A stretch of DNA of 64,000 nt from Rhynchopus sp. YZ270_cl-10 (lineage: Eukaryota). The notes beneath the pieces were generated by a model. The model saw only the letters and a program-made list of their open reading frames with translations. It was not told the origin of the DNA and did no database searches. A program made the translations under genes and the position numbers. Below, piece after piece: positions 34,636 through 46,861 of this stretch. The stretch covers positions 744,001 through 808,000 of the forward strand of contig OZ037838.1 in the NCBI GenBank assembly GCA_964035575.1. The letters run 5' to 3'. Position 1 is the first letter of the stretch, and each line of letters starts with the position of its first letter.

Positions 34636-34824
34636 ACAGAAACCTTCGACACTGTCTTCTCGTTTGAAGTAGACACTAACGGGAACACGGCTCTTCCTGC
34701 CATCTCGCAGTGCAAAACACGCTGCTACCTGGCGTGTGGGGCTCTCATTCTTGAGGTTGCGCTTCCGGGTGAGGAGGTGGTCTGCAAAGTCGACGACTAC
34801 TCGGGTCAGTGTTCGCGTGCGGCA
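34636..34824 (+). pseudogene. Internal fragment of a UBL-propeller gene (about blades 1-3)
   Basis: Translates TETFDTVFSFEVDTNGNTALPAISQCKTRCYLACGALILEVALPGEEVVCKVDDYSG, with no start codon or UBL. Confidence 0.88.
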
Positions 34825-34957
34825 CGCAGGGTATCTTCACATTGCTTGCTTTGTCAGAGTTTGTTGAAACACGTATTTAACCCACCAACCTTCTTATTTG
34901 TCGTTGCGAAGTGACACCACCAACCATCACATCAAACACAACAGAGCCCTTAACAAT

Positions 34958-36061
34958 ATGATGGATGTGACCTTTGTGCTGGAAGAGTCAGGTGTGACTG
35001 CGACAGTGGAGGTGCCGTGCGAGGCGAAGGTTGCAGCGGCAAAGGAGGTTGCGTGCACGGCGCTTGCTGTCTCGCCTGCGTCTGTCGAGATGCGCATCGG
35101 CACGCAGGTGCTGGAGGGGACGTGCCGTCTGCAGGACACTGCGTTTTGTGCAGGGGTGCAGGTTGTGCTTGCCCGCCGCTTTGCTGACATCAAGTGTCCT
35201 GCTGAGTACAGTATCCAGGGCATTGTTCAAAGTTTCTCACTGTCGCGTTGTGGCACGCTCTGCCTCATCGTGACTGAAGATGTGGGTATTGCTGGCGTCG
35301 GATTCGATACAGTAACCTTCAACACCGCCTTCTCGTTAAAACCTGTTTGCCTCACAGCACCGCCCATCTCACGGTGCAAGACACGCTGCTACCTCGCGTC
35401 TGGGGGTGATGTACGCATGGTTGCGCTTCCGGGTGGGGAGGTACTTCGCAAAGTTACAGGACGCTCGACAACAGTGTTCGCGTGTGGTGGTGTTATTCTC
35501 TCCCAAGGCACAGAGGGCGTGTCTGTGTATGACGAAGACCTGACGTTGCTCCGCTCTCTCTCACACAAGGGGTGCAGTAGGGTGGCAGTGTCGGACTGTG
35601 GTGGGTGGGTGATCAGCTACTCCTGGGTGGAGAAGAAGGCACGTCTGTGGGATGTGAACACAGGTGAAGCTGTGGCATGTGTGGAAAGCATGCCTCCCAC
35701 GGCGTGGGAGGTAAGGCTAGCGCTCTCGCGGCCTGCCTCTGTCTTTGCTGTGGGTTGCTCTCAAGAAGTGCAGCTCTATGACTGGAGTGGTGTGGCTCTT
35801 GGCAGCATTAAAAAGGAGGATTACCATGTCTATGGCGTGCAGTTCACTCCCTGTGGGAAGTATGTCGTCGTTCATTTTACGTGTGCATCAAGGCGTGAGG
35901 ACCCTGCACTCCTGCACCAGTACGATATGTCTACCATGTCCTGTGTGCGTGTTATACCAAAATGCTGCGGTGAGTTTGCGATATCACCGTGTTCGCGTGT
36001 GGTTATGTTTGAGTCAGCAGAAAGTGCCTTCCTTGTGACAAGGCATCTGTACCCCTACTGA
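34958..36061 (+). CDS. UBL-domain + 7-blade WD40-like beta-propeller protein, copy 1
   Basis: The N-terminal ~73 aa follow the ubiquitin pattern (MDVTFVLEESGVTATVEV..EAKVAAAKE...SVEMRIGTQVLEGTCRLQD...VQVVL) without a terminal GG. Seven blade motifs follow, e.g. ARLWDVNTG, VQFTPCGKYV. Confidence 0.88.
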   Translation: MMDVTFVLEESGVTATVEVPCEAKVAAAKEVACTALAVSPASVEMRIGTQVLEGTCRLQDTAFCAGVQVVLARRFADIKCPAEYSIQGIVQSFSLSRCGTLCLIVTEDVGIAGVGFDTVTFNTAFSLKPVCLTAPPISRCKTRCYLASGGDVRMVALPGGEVLRKVTGRSTTVFACGGVILSQGTEGVSVYDEDLTLLRSLSHKGCSRVAVSDCGGWVISYSWVEKKARLWDVNTGEAVACVESMPPTAWEVRLALSRPASVFAVGCSQEVQLYDWSGVALGSIKKEDYHVYGVQFTPCGKYVVVHFTCASRREDPALLHQYDMSTMSCVRVIPKCCGEFAISPCSRVVMFESAESAFLVTRHLYPY

Positions 36062-36314
36062 GTACTGCGGTGTGTTGCTATCGTGCGTTGCATCAGTATT
36101 TGCGTTGCACCCTCGACCTACTAGCTTGTGAGGAAATATATTGAGACATTTTGTGGATAACGACCACACCACCCTTTACCTCTTTTTCACTTGTGCCTTG
36201 TTAAAACACTCATCTGTTGGTGCGAACCACCGACACAATAAAAATATCGCAAACACAAACAACCCACACCTCATCTCCTTCCTAACAGAGGTGGAACAAG
36301 AAGAAGACAAAACA

Positions 36315-37448
36315 ATGGATGTGACCTTTGTGCTGGAAGAGTCAGGCGTGACTGCGACAGTGGAGGTGCCGTGCGAGGCGAAGGTTGCAGCGGCAAAGGA
36401 GGTTGCGTGCACAGCGCTTGCTGTCTCGCCTGCGTCTGTCGTGATGCGCATCGGCACGCAGGTGCTGGAGGGGACGTGCCGTCTGCAGGACACTGCGTTT
36501 GATGCAGGGGTGCAGGTTGTGCTTGCCCGCCCTCGCTTTGCCGACATCAAGTGTCCTGCTGAGTACGATGTACCGAATGAGGGTGACTTGTCGCTGTCAC
36601 GTTGTGGAACGCTCTGCGCCTATAGTCCGGAGGAGAGTGGGCATGTTGGCGGCTTCGACACAGAAACCTTCGACACTGTCTTCTCGTTCGAAGTGGACAA
36701 TGAGGTGCACGGTGCGCCTGCCATCTCGGAGTGCAAGACACATTGCTACCTGGCGTGTGAGGATCACCTTCTCGAGGTTGCGCTTCCGGGTGGGGAGGTG
36801 GTCCGCAAAGTCGACGGCTCCTCGATGTCAGTGTTCGCGTGTGGCGGTGTTGTTGTCTCTGAGGGCAAAGACGGCGTCTCTGTGTATGACGAAGACCTGA
36901 CGTTGCTCCGCTCTCTCTCGCACGAAAGGTGTTGGGGAATGGCAGTATCGCACTGTGGTGGGTGGGTGATCACCCTCTCCGACAAGAGGAAGAACGTTCG
37001 TCTGTGGGATGTGAACACAGGTGAAGCTGTGGCATGTGTGCCTATGTGTGGGGGGCGGATCGCAGGATTGGCGCTTTCACGGTCTGCCTCTGTCTTTGCT
37101 GTGGCCAGCTCTGGCAAAGTGCAGCTCTTTGATTGGAGTGGTGCGGCTCTTCGCAGTGTTGATGTGGGTGGGGATGTCTTGGGCATACAGTTCACCCCGT
37201 GTGGGAAGTACCTTGTGGCCAGTGTATTTATTTCGGAAGATGATGATGATACGGACACAAATGATGGCAATTCAGATGATTACGATGTACCCCTGCACCA
37301 GTATGATGTGGCGACCATGTCCTGTGTACGTGTGGTGCTGTGCGACAGTTCATGGTTTGCGATATCGCCGTGTTCACGTGTTCTTGTGTCTATGCAACCA
37401 GGTGGCGGCATTGTAACAAGGCATCTGTACCCACACAACAGTGAGTGA
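36315..37448 (+). CDS. UBL + beta-propeller protein, copy 2
   Basis: Same architecture, with an acidic insertion (SEDDDDTDTNDGNSDDYD) in a blade-6 loop. Confidence 0.88.
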   Translation: MDVTFVLEESGVTATVEVPCEAKVAAAKEVACTALAVSPASVVMRIGTQVLEGTCRLQDTAFDAGVQVVLARPRFADIKCPAEYDVPNEGDLSLSRCGTLCAYSPEESGHVGGFDTETFDTVFSFEVDNEVHGAPAISECKTHCYLACEDHLLEVALPGGEVVRKVDGSSMSVFACGGVVVSEGKDGVSVYDEDLTLLRSLSHERCWGMAVSHCGGWVITLSDKRKNVRLWDVNTGEAVACVPMCGGRIAGLALSRSASVFAVASSGKVQLFDWSGAALRSVDVGGDVLGIQFTPCGKYLVASVFISEDDDDTDTNDGNSDDYDVPLHQYDVATMSCVRVVLCDSSWFAISPCSRVLVSMQPGGGIVTRHLYPHNSE

Positions 37449-37846
37449 TGTGTGACCAGGGGAGGGGAGGGAGGGTGGTCATGCATCACTCAAAAAGAGG
37501 TAGGCCTCCCCAAAATCGTCTACCCCATAAATAGAAGACGTAAAAGAAATAATAAACGTAAAAGACCATGGTGGTATAGATGCACTCGTCGAGGTTACTG
37601 GCTGGAGGGGAACAGTGGAGAAGGATACAAATGGGTTTTTCTGACGTTTTGATATTTTTGCTTTCTGATCTTGATTTTTTTTTTTTTGTGTTATCAAGCA
37701 TTGACGAATAGAAATGGAAAACGACGGATGGTGCGTGCCCGCTTTAGCGTATTGTTTTTCCACTAACATCACTCACATTCATCAGTGAAAAACACAAACC
37801 TTTTGCGGTGCGATAAACGAAAAAGTGTTTTCTTTATTTCATTTAA

Positions 37847-38985
37847 TTCACTTGTTAAATAAAGTTCTAGTGGGGCTCCGTTGGAAAAGGGTAATTTTAA
37901 TTGTCGATAATTTGTCTATGACGTTTTATCGGAAAATAAAACTACTGTGGAGGCACTTTTTTTCACGGTATTTTCACTTTTTTTCACTTGTGTTTTTATT
38001 TTTCTGTGGGAAAATACATAGGAGCGTGATTTTTTTTTATTTTGTTCACGCCAGTGGCGTGATTTTTTTTCGGGATAATTTCACTGTATTTTTGTACAGG
38101 AAAAACAGGCATTTCTCACCAGAAACCTCGAGTTTCAAACCAAAAAACGATTTTTTGAGACCACACCCGAGTATGTGGGGTGGGAAACGCGATGCCGGGG
38201 TGTCAGAACCTTGTGTGGGCCACATAGGGTGGTGCACACGTGCCCCCCATTGCAGTGACACGCAACCCACGTTTTTCCACCCTAAAACCCAAGCAGAGAG
38301 GTTTAGCCACACAACTGGCACGAGTCTGCGATTCGTGACCACTCGTTGCGTGTAGCGCACATAGCGAAGACGGTTCGTTACGTTTAGAGGAGTGGTGGTG
38401 GTGGTAGCAACGCGTTTGAGAAGCACGGCCAGCTCTTCTTTGCTCTTGCTCCTGGTTGTGGTAGAGGAAATCACCCTCATCGGTCCGTATGGCTCAGGGC
38501 TTGTGTCACGCTGTGGAGCGGCAGGGCCATCAGAAGGCGGGCATGGAGGCTGCGCACCATACAGTGAATTTGCCGGGTGCGGGGGCAGGAGCGGTCCAGC
38601 ATCACCACGATGTTGCGAATGCTGTTGAATCTCCTGCGCCTGGATCGCCCCCCCTGCAGCAGACCCCGGAAGTGACAACATAGGAGGCACTGTCTCTGTC
38701 CCTTCATACACCAAATGCGGTTTCAACAAATTCTCATCATATCCCTGAGTCGCACCGTAAAAAGTACCTCATAACCACTCGCTTTTATCTGTTCGCCCCA
38801 CCCCTCTTTTTTAAGGTGACGTGATCCTAAGCACGAGAGGCTTAGGATCATCTGACAAACCTTTCTCTTTTAATGTTCCCACGAAATTAGCGAGTTGTCA
38901 CAGTCATCATCATTAATGGATCGCACAACAAATAAGTTACCCTTTTCCAACAGAGCCCCCACTAGAACTTTATTTAACACGCAAA
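37847..38985. mobile_element. TTAA-flanked TIR element with a GC-rich coding-like interior
   Basis: About 45-bp TIR (tgttaaataaagttctagtggggctc.gttggaaaagggtaa and its inverse near 38936-38979). TTAA at 37843 and 38986. The paralogous empty site at 56423 has a single TTAA. Confidence 0.82.
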
Positions 38986-38989
38986 TTAA

Positions 38990-39170
38990 AATTACCTATT
39001 CGAATTTTTATACAGTAGTTATTTTGCGATATTTCACTTATTAATTTTCGATGCTCGTGAGCTCAATTTGCCTCGCTGCGCTCGGCAACTTAACCACACT
39101 CGCATCGAAAATTAATGCGTGAAATTATCGCAAAATAAAACTACTGTATAAAAAGTCGAATAAATAGATA
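38990..39170. mobile_element. TTAA-flanked palindromic MITE with central CCTCGCTGCGCTCGG
   Basis: Arms tattcgaatttttatacagtagtt..ttttgcgata and tatcgcaaaa..aactactgtataaaaagtcgaata. TTAA at 38986 and 39171. Confidence 0.82.
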
Positions 39171-39215
39171 TTAACTGTCATATCCTGAAGTCGTTTTCTA
39201 TTTTTTTTTATTTTT

Positions 39216-41012
39216 TATTCCGATTTACAAAGTAGTAGTCCCCAAGCACAGGCCAAAATGCAGTGAAATAAGAAGAACTTTGTGTGTTAAAAGTCACCTT
39301 ATTTCACGGCAATTTATGTGTAAATTGCATGGGGCGTGAAAAAAAGTCACCTTATTTCACGGCGCACCTGTATGAGGATTCCTGTGTGGTGGGTGGATTT
39401 CAGGTGGTAATTCTGTTGTGAGAGAGCATCTTCTCCCACTCGAGCTTGTAAGAGGCGAAGCTCTTGTAGTTGCTTAGTCCGCTCTCGTATGCCTCCTGCA
39501 TCTTCGCCTTAAGCGTTGTCCTCGGCATTTGTTGTTGTTCTTTTTTTTCTTTTGATTAGCTCCTGTAACAGGTGATACGTGTGGTGTGGTGGTATTTATT
39601 TTTTTTTATTTTTTTTTTTACGATTACCTACATTGTAGGCGGGTTTAGTGCTGCCGCGGGTGCTGGCACATGACCCTGATACTGCCTCATACCACGCTTA
39701 CTTGTTGTTCTACGTGGCGGGGTTCCACACCGCTCAAGGCAGTGGGGGACAGTTTCCCTGTTCTTGTTTTGAGGGGACTATTTTTCCTGATCTCCCATCT
39801 CACTGTTTTTTGGCCTGTGCTTGGGGACTACCCCTACTTTGTAAACCGGAATAAAATTACGTATTGTTTGTCATAAGGAATCCGTTTTTTCACGCTACAG
39901 GTGCGCTCGTTACCTGCTGCACATAATTCACCTCGCTTCGCTCGGTAAATTGTTTTTCCGTATTTACATGGTCCCCTCGCTTCGCTCGGGAACCATTTCT
40001 GCAGCAGGTAACTCGCACGACCTGTAGCGTGAAAAAAAGTATTCCTTATTTCATACCAATAAATAGTTATTTTTTTTTGTGGTTTTTTTCAGCCCCGCCG
40101 ACAGGGTTTTGTGTTTTGAAAAAGTTCTGTTGATAGTCCAATAGAATTTTTTTTGCGCTTCTATACTGTGGTGCGGGACGTTTGAGCACTCACCTCTCCA
40201 TATCTTCTTCTCCTGAGATTTTTTGAAAAGTAGAACGGGCATTCAACAGAACTTTTTTTTTTTTCTTTTTTGTGAGGAGAAAACCAAAACGGTAATGAAG
40301 CTTGCGAAATGATAGTGGAGGTTTTTTCGTAATGTTTTATTCTCCTCCCCCCTTACCACACACTTCGCAGAAAAAAACTCTTTTATACTGCTATAATAAA
40401 GTTTCTGTGGAAAAAATAGCCGTGGAGTTTTTTTCAGGTTTTTCCTTATTTCACGCCCAGGCTGGGCGTGAAATAAAGTTATTTTATACCACGCGTGAAA
40501 AACGTTTTATGGTCGTAACTGGCCTAAAAAGTGAGTGAAATAAGATTCGTTTTATTTCACGCAAATTGCACTAGGGTAACCCGGTGAGTGAAATAAAATA
40601 TCACGGAGTGAAAAAAAAAAAATTGCCTGCAAAATGCCTTTGCAAATAAAATATTTATTTTTTCACGCTGTTTTTGTTCGTAATTTTACCCCAAAAAGCG
40701 TTAAAGTGAAAAGTGGGTGCTAGGCTCAACGTTTAGGCCAGTTACGACCATAAATACGTTTTTCACTTGTGGAATAAAATTACATATTGAGTGAAATAAG
40801 AACATTTTCTTGCACTTGCCACTAAAAAGGCACCCTCGTGACTCTTATTCCCCTCGCTTCGCTCGGGAAATAACGCACTCGGGCACCTTTTTAGTGGCGC
40901 GTGAAATAAAATAGTTCTTATTTCACTCGAATAAATAGTTATTATTTTCACAGTGTATTTTGCACTGTAAAAACCTGGGCGTGAAAATAAAATGACTTTA
41001 TTTCACGCCCAG
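39216..41012. mobile_element. Cluster of adjacent palindromic MITE-like elements (about 39216-39853, 39873-40049, 40492-40769, 40789-40928)
   Basis: Each has reverse-complementary arms, e.g. tagtccccaagcacaggccaaaa, ataaggaat..ttttttcacgctacagg, tttatggtcgtaactggccta, gagtgaaataagaac. Confidence 0.78.
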
Positions 41013-41510
41013 GGTCAACGTGGGGTTTTCCACACAAGTGTTTTTTGTGTCTGTTCACTGCACCCTAGGTACCATTCTGGGACAGGTCGCCCGCAACGGG
41101 CACTCAGATGCATAAAAGTTATCGCTCTTGCTCCTTGTGAAAGATCGGTGCAACTTATTCCCACATAAAAAAATGTTTCTGGTACTTTGGTTTTTTTTGT
41201 GTTTCTTGTCACAGGCCCGCAAAAAATTCTGTACGTACATACAGAATTTTGTAATACGAAAATAAATTGAACCTGACTCGAAGCATGGGTCGTTTCGAAA
41301 GCCACTAAAGTGGCGTTTGGGTCTTAATGGGTTAAGCAGATTTTGACTGACATATTTATCGATTCTGTGTGATTGTTTCAAAGACAAGAAACGATTCGAA
41401 TTCACATCAACAGCAATTTGACCACCCTCTCCTCCCTTTGCCACAAGCCCACAAAACAACCCACACCTCATCTCCTCCCAACAGAGGTGGAACAAGAAGA
41501 AGACAAAACA

Positions 41511-42602
41511 ATGGATGTGACCTTTGTGCTGGAAGAGTCAGGTGTGACTGCGACAGTGGAGGTGCCGTGCGAGGCGAAGGTTGCAGCGGCAAAGGAGGTT
41601 GCGTGCACGGCGCTTGCTGTCTCGCCTGCGTCTGTCGAGATGCGCATCGGCACGCAGGTGCTGGAGGGGACGTGCCGTCTGCAGGACACTGCGTTTGGTG
41701 CAGGGGTGCAGGTTGTGCTTGCCCGCCGCTTTGCCGACATCAAGTGTCCTGCTGAGTACACTGTAACAGATACGGGAGACTTGTCGCTGTCGCGTTGTGG
41801 GTCGCTCTGCGTCTATAGTAACAGGAGTGGGGAGGTTGTTGGTTTAGACACAGAAACCTTCGACACTGTCTTCTCGTTTGAAGTGGACGCATGCGATGTG
41901 GTCGCTGCACCTGCCATCTCGCAGTGCAAGACACGCTGCTACCTGCCGTGTCATGACCATCTTCTTGAGGTTGCGCTTCCGGGTGGGGAGGTGGTCCGCA
42001 AAGTCGACAGCATCTCGAACGCAGCCTTCGCGTGTGGAAGTGTTGTTGTCTCACAGGGCAGAAACGGCGTCTCTGTGTATGATGAAGACCTGACGTTGCT
42101 CCGCACTCTGTCGTCGGATGAAGTGTGCGGAAATGTTGTAGTGTCGCCCTGCGGTGGGTGGGCGATCACCTCCTCCTGGAAGAAGAAGGCACGTCTGTGG
42201 GATGTGAACACAGGTGTTGCTGTGGCATGTGTGCCTGAGGGCTGGCGGTACGAAGGACTGGCGCTTTCACGGTCTGCCTCTGTCTTTGCTGTGGCGGGGG
42301 AGGACAACGCCGTGCACCTCTACGACCGGAGTGGTGCCGCTCTTGGCAGTATTGATGTGGGTGGGAATTTCCTGGGCATGCGGTTCACTCCGTGTGGCAA
42401 GTACCTAGTGGTCAAAGAGGAATCTGAGGATGAGAATGTACACCTGCACCAGTATGATGTGGCGACCATGTCCTGTGTGCATGAGGTACCGCTTGGTTCG
42501 GTTGTGTCCTTTGCGATATCGCCGTGTTCACGCGCTATTGTGGCCATGCAACGAGATGACGTCATTGTGACGAGACATCTGTACCCACACAACAGTGAGT
42601 GA
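41511..42602 (+). CDS. UBL + beta-propeller protein, copy 3
   Basis: Same architecture; ends IVTRHLYPHNSE. Confidence 0.88.
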   Translation: MDVTFVLEESGVTATVEVPCEAKVAAAKEVACTALAVSPASVEMRIGTQVLEGTCRLQDTAFGAGVQVVLARRFADIKCPAEYTVTDTGDLSLSRCGSLCVYSNRSGEVVGLDTETFDTVFSFEVDACDVVAAPAISQCKTRCYLPCHDHLLEVALPGGEVVRKVDSISNAAFACGSVVVSQGRNGVSVYDEDLTLLRTLSSDEVCGNVVVSPCGGWAITSSWKKKARLWDVNTGVAVACVPEGWRYEGLALSRSASVFAVAGEDNAVHLYDRSGAALGSIDVGGNFLGMRFTPCGKYLVVKEESEDENVHLHQYDVATMSCVHEVPLGSVVSFAISPCSRAIVAMQRDDVIVTRHLYPHNSE

Positions 42603-43979
42603 TGTGTGACCAGGGGAGGGGAGGGAGGGTGGTGATGAATATACCCCAGGGTCCCAGCAAAACAACCCAAGACCCTCAAAACACCCCCAAGAAACCCCTT
42701 TTAGCTTTCCCCCCCGAATGCGAAGAAGAACGCAAAGAAAACTCTTCGCACGCCATCTATGTCTAGGGGGATCAGCCGCGGGTCCACCCACGGTGTTCTG
42801 GTCACGCACCAAAAGGTACACTGCCAGGGCAAGGCATTGTGTCTCGAGTCACTTCTTTTTGCACTTTCTCTTTTTTTGTTAAATACTATGCGCGTTTTTG
42901 TTTATATTTATTATGAAGAAGATAAAACAATAAGCTTGCGATTCTTTTATCGAACAGATTTTATTCTCCACCTCGTACCCGAAAACGTAAACACCACTTT
43001 CAATCAGAGAAAATATTTTTCCTCTCCTATTTTCTTCCACACGCGCTGGTTTTTGTGTTCGCTCATTTTTATCAAAAAGCGTTCTTGCCCTCCGCTCCCT
43101 GCTTTCTTCTTCAAAAGTTATCCCTCATTGGCTTACCTGCTTAATCAATATACAGCCGCCGAGCTGTTACATGAATATAAATTGAAACCGCACTCCTACT
43201 TTTCCTATTTATGTACCTGTGGTACTTATGTTACAATCCTGGTTGATCTCGTGGATTGGACTGTCCAATCCACGTGCACAGATGCCGCATCGGGTACTGG
43301 ATGCTTGTTGTGTGTCACGTGTTTTTCTTACGATATTTCTGCCACGCTCTATGCGGCGTTCTTATGGACGTTTCTCTGACCCCTCCCTCTGGAGCATGAA
43401 CACATGCTTCTTTTAGCTCTGTCAGTACACAGCCAATCGGCGTGCTGCTCTTCTTACGTATCTCTTGTCTTGGACATACATCAGAAAAATATACAAACGT
43501 ATCAAATTCAAAACCCCTGCTGCTGTCACTATTTCCCTAGTTTCGAGTGCAAAAAGTTTCGCCATGTATTTCATTGGAACAATATGACAAACAGGTGCAG
43601 GGTAGTTCCGTGCATATCATAGAACCTGGCACCCTGTGTGTCTCCCAACCAAAAGCGTTGTGTGCGAAGTTTTGAAGGAAGGAATAATAAAACGTGTGTA
43701 GTATAGTGGGGTTCATCCTCGGGTGTCGACACTAAAACAACTACGTTTTCATAAAACAAAACACGGCACTTTATTTAGACTTGTCGCCTTTTGGGGCAAC
43801 AGTCCATAGGACGGGTGAGTTGCACCCCCCATGTGAGCAAATGACCTTCATCTAGCTGAGTTTTGAAAGAACCTAATCTCCATGAAGCGCAATGGGGCGG
43901 CTGAGCTACGAAGTCCCCCCTTTTTTTTTGTGTCTCCCCGTTACGCTTTCTTTTCACTGTTCTACCTTTTTTGGGTTTA

Positions 43980-44389
43980 GGGCACGGTAATTTTTATTTT
44001 TGGTAAGCGTCTGCGTGCGTACTTTTTTTTTGAGATTCCAGGAAAAAAATTATGCAGAAAAAAAAATTATAAAGGGGGGCCCTCAATAACTCAACAATGT
44101 ATTTTAGGTAAAAAAAATGTACATTTTTCAGCGCAAATTGACCCCATCACAGCACACACAGACTCCTGAGAGCCGAAATCAAAAAAAAAAAAAATTCCCC
44201 CGATTTTTTGTGGGCAAAAATTGGTGGGAAAATATTTTTGGTACCTGTATTTCCCCCACTGTAATTTTCCTCTATAATTTTTTTCACCACTCATAATTTT
44301 TTTTACTGCATAATTTTTTTTTGCGTGCGTGCGTACTTTTTTTTTGAGAAGTGCTCTGACGCTTACCAAGAAAAAAAGTTACCGTGCCC
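43980..44389. mobile_element. PIF/Harbinger-type (Tourist-like) MITE
   Basis: TTA | GGGCACGGTAA ... TTACCGTGCCC | TTA, i.e. a 3-bp TWA duplication and GGGC termini. Confidence 0.85.
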
Positions 44390-45043
44390 TTATCCATTTT
44401 TATTGCTGTTTTTCTCACTCTATGATTCCACTGCTAGTACGCCTTTTTCCATGCTACAGGAGGATTGGCCACTCCAATATGCATGAAGTTGTCAACTGTT
44501 TTTGTCCCGAAGGTCAATACGGAAGCATTCTTCTGCAAACACTGCTAAAGGAAGTTCGCGTGGGTGTCTCTGTATGAGGTGACCGCAGACACATTTGTGC
44601 AAAAGGCCTTTGTATAGGTACAAACAAATCACCCCCCAAACAAAATAAAATAGAAAAAGGACTCTGCCACCTCCTACTGCAAAGCGTACTCCTTCTGCTT
44701 GAAGGGTGCTCCTTCTATTTGCTCTCTTTTAAGGATCCTGTGAAGCAAAATCGTGGTTGCTATCTAGTGATAGTAGTCTAAAATCAAACAAAACTTTCTC
44801 GTCTTTTCGCCTGAGCTGGAGACACTGCAACTTGCCAAACGCACAGCATCTGAGGTAGCTACACTGCCTGGCATCCTCATCCTGTTCCTTCTACACCACT
44901 GTGTGTTTGCCGCAGGGTATCTTCAAATTGCTTTCTTTATCAGAGTTTGTTGAAACACGTATTTAACCCACCAACCTTCTTATTTGTCGTTGCGAAGTGA
45001 CACCACCAACCATCACATCAAACACAACAGACCCCTTAACAAT

Positions 45044-46201
45044 ATGATGGATGTAACCTTTGTGCTGGAAGAGTCAGGCGTGACTGCGACAGCGGAGGTG
45101 CCGTGCGAGGCGGACGTTGCAGCGGCAAAGGAGGTTGCGTGCACGGCGCTTGCTGTCTCGCCTGCGTCTGTCGAGATGCGCATCGGCACGCAGGTGCTGG
45201 AGGGGACGTGCCGTCTGCAGGACACTGCGTTTGATGCAGGGGTGCAGGTTGTGCTTGCCCGCCCTCGCTTTGCCGACATCAAGTGTCCTGCTGAGCACAG
45301 TCTACTGAAGGAAGATAGGTTGTCGCTGTCGCGTTGTGGAACGCTCTGCGTCTATAGTCAGGACCGGAGTAGGCATGTTGGCGGCTTCGACACAGAAACC
45401 TTCGACACTGTCTTCTCGTTTGAAGCGGACGCATTGAAAGTGTTCGGTGCGCCTGCCATCTCGCAGTGCAAGACACGCTGCTACCTGGCGTGTGGGCGTC
45501 ACCTTCTTAAGGTTGCGCTTCCGGGTGGGGAGGTGCTCCGCAAACTCGACGACTCCTCGTACTCAGTGTTCGCGTGTGGCGGTGTTGTTGTCTCGAAGGG
45601 CAAAGATATCGATGTGTATGACGAAGACCTGACGTTGCTCCGCTCTCTCTCGCACGAAAGGTGCAGGGAGGTGGCTGTGTCGGACTGTGGTGGGTGGGTG
45701 ATCACCTCTTCCGACAAGGAGAAGAACACACGTTTGTGGGATGTGAACACAGGTGAAGCTGTGGCATGTGTGCCTGTGGAGCGGTGGGATGGGAGTCGGT
45801 ACGGAGGAGTGGCGCTTTCACGGTCTGGCTCTGTTTTTGCTGTGGGGACCTCTGACAAAGTGCACCTATTTGATTGGAGTGGTGTGGCTATGAGCACCTT
45901 TGCACCGGACACAGGCACTTACTTCTGCGGCATGCAGTTCACCCCGTGTGGGAAGTACCTTGTGATGAGGGTAGTTGCGCAATCTGATTCTATCGTTGCT
46001 GGTCACGATCATTATGCTTACGAAGTTCACCTGCACCAGTATGATGTGGCGACCATGTCCTGTGTGCATGTGATACCTCGAATCTATGGTGAGTCATTTG
46101 CGATATCGCCATGTTCACGTGTTGTTGTGGCTGTGGAATCAGAGACGCAACGAGATGCCGTCATTGTGACGAGACATCTGTACCCACACAACAGTGAGTG
46201 A
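45044..46201 (+). CDS. UBL + beta-propeller protein, copy 4
   Basis: Same architecture; closest to copy 6. Confidence 0.88.
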   Translation: MMDVTFVLEESGVTATAEVPCEADVAAAKEVACTALAVSPASVEMRIGTQVLEGTCRLQDTAFDAGVQVVLARPRFADIKCPAEHSLLKEDRLSLSRCGTLCVYSQDRSRHVGGFDTETFDTVFSFEADALKVFGAPAISQCKTRCYLACGRHLLKVALPGGEVLRKLDDSSYSVFACGGVVVSKGKDIDVYDEDLTLLRSLSHERCREVAVSDCGGWVITSSDKEKNTRLWDVNTGEAVACVPVERWDGSRYGGVALSRSGSVFAVGTSDKVHLFDWSGVAMSTFAPDTGTYFCGMQFTPCGKYLVMRVVAQSDSIVAGHDHYAYEVHLHQYDVATMSCVHVIPRIYGESFAISPCSRVVVAVESETQRDAVIVTRHLYPHNSE

Positions 46202-46861
46202 TGTGTGACCAGGGGAGGGGAGGGAGGGTGGTGATGAATATACCCCAAGGTACCAGCAAAACAACCCAAGACCCTCAAAACACCCCCAAGAAACCCCTTT
46301 TAGCTTTCCCCCTCGAATGCGAAGAAGAATGCAAAGAAAACTCTTCGCACGCCATCTATGTCTAGGGGGATCAGCCGCGGGTCCACCCACGGTGTTCTGG
46401 TCACGCACCAAAAGGTACACTGCCAGGGCAAGGCAACAAGATTGTATCTCGAGTCACTTCTTTTCGCACTTTCTCTTCTTTTCGCCTGAGCTGGACGTTA
46501 TGCACAGACGCTGCATAGTGTTGACTCATTATGGATCAGGTGTGTACCTCCACAGTGTGTGACCACCTTCGTTTCCCAGGGTTAGCCATCCCAGCACTTT
46601 TCATCCTCAGGCCAAGACCTTCACAGGGTTTCTGGAGGAAGTGCCACGAAAGGACCCCCGGATGCAGTTTTAGGTCCAGCCCACTACTGGGACTGTGGAT
46701 CCTTGTCAAACCACAATGACTGTGTGTTTGCCGCAGGGTATCTTCAAATTGCTTGCTTTGTCAGAGGTTGTTGAAGCACGTATTTAACCCACCAACCTTC
46801 TTATTTGTCGTTGCGAAGTGACACCAACCATCACATCAAACACAACAGAGCCCTTAACAAT

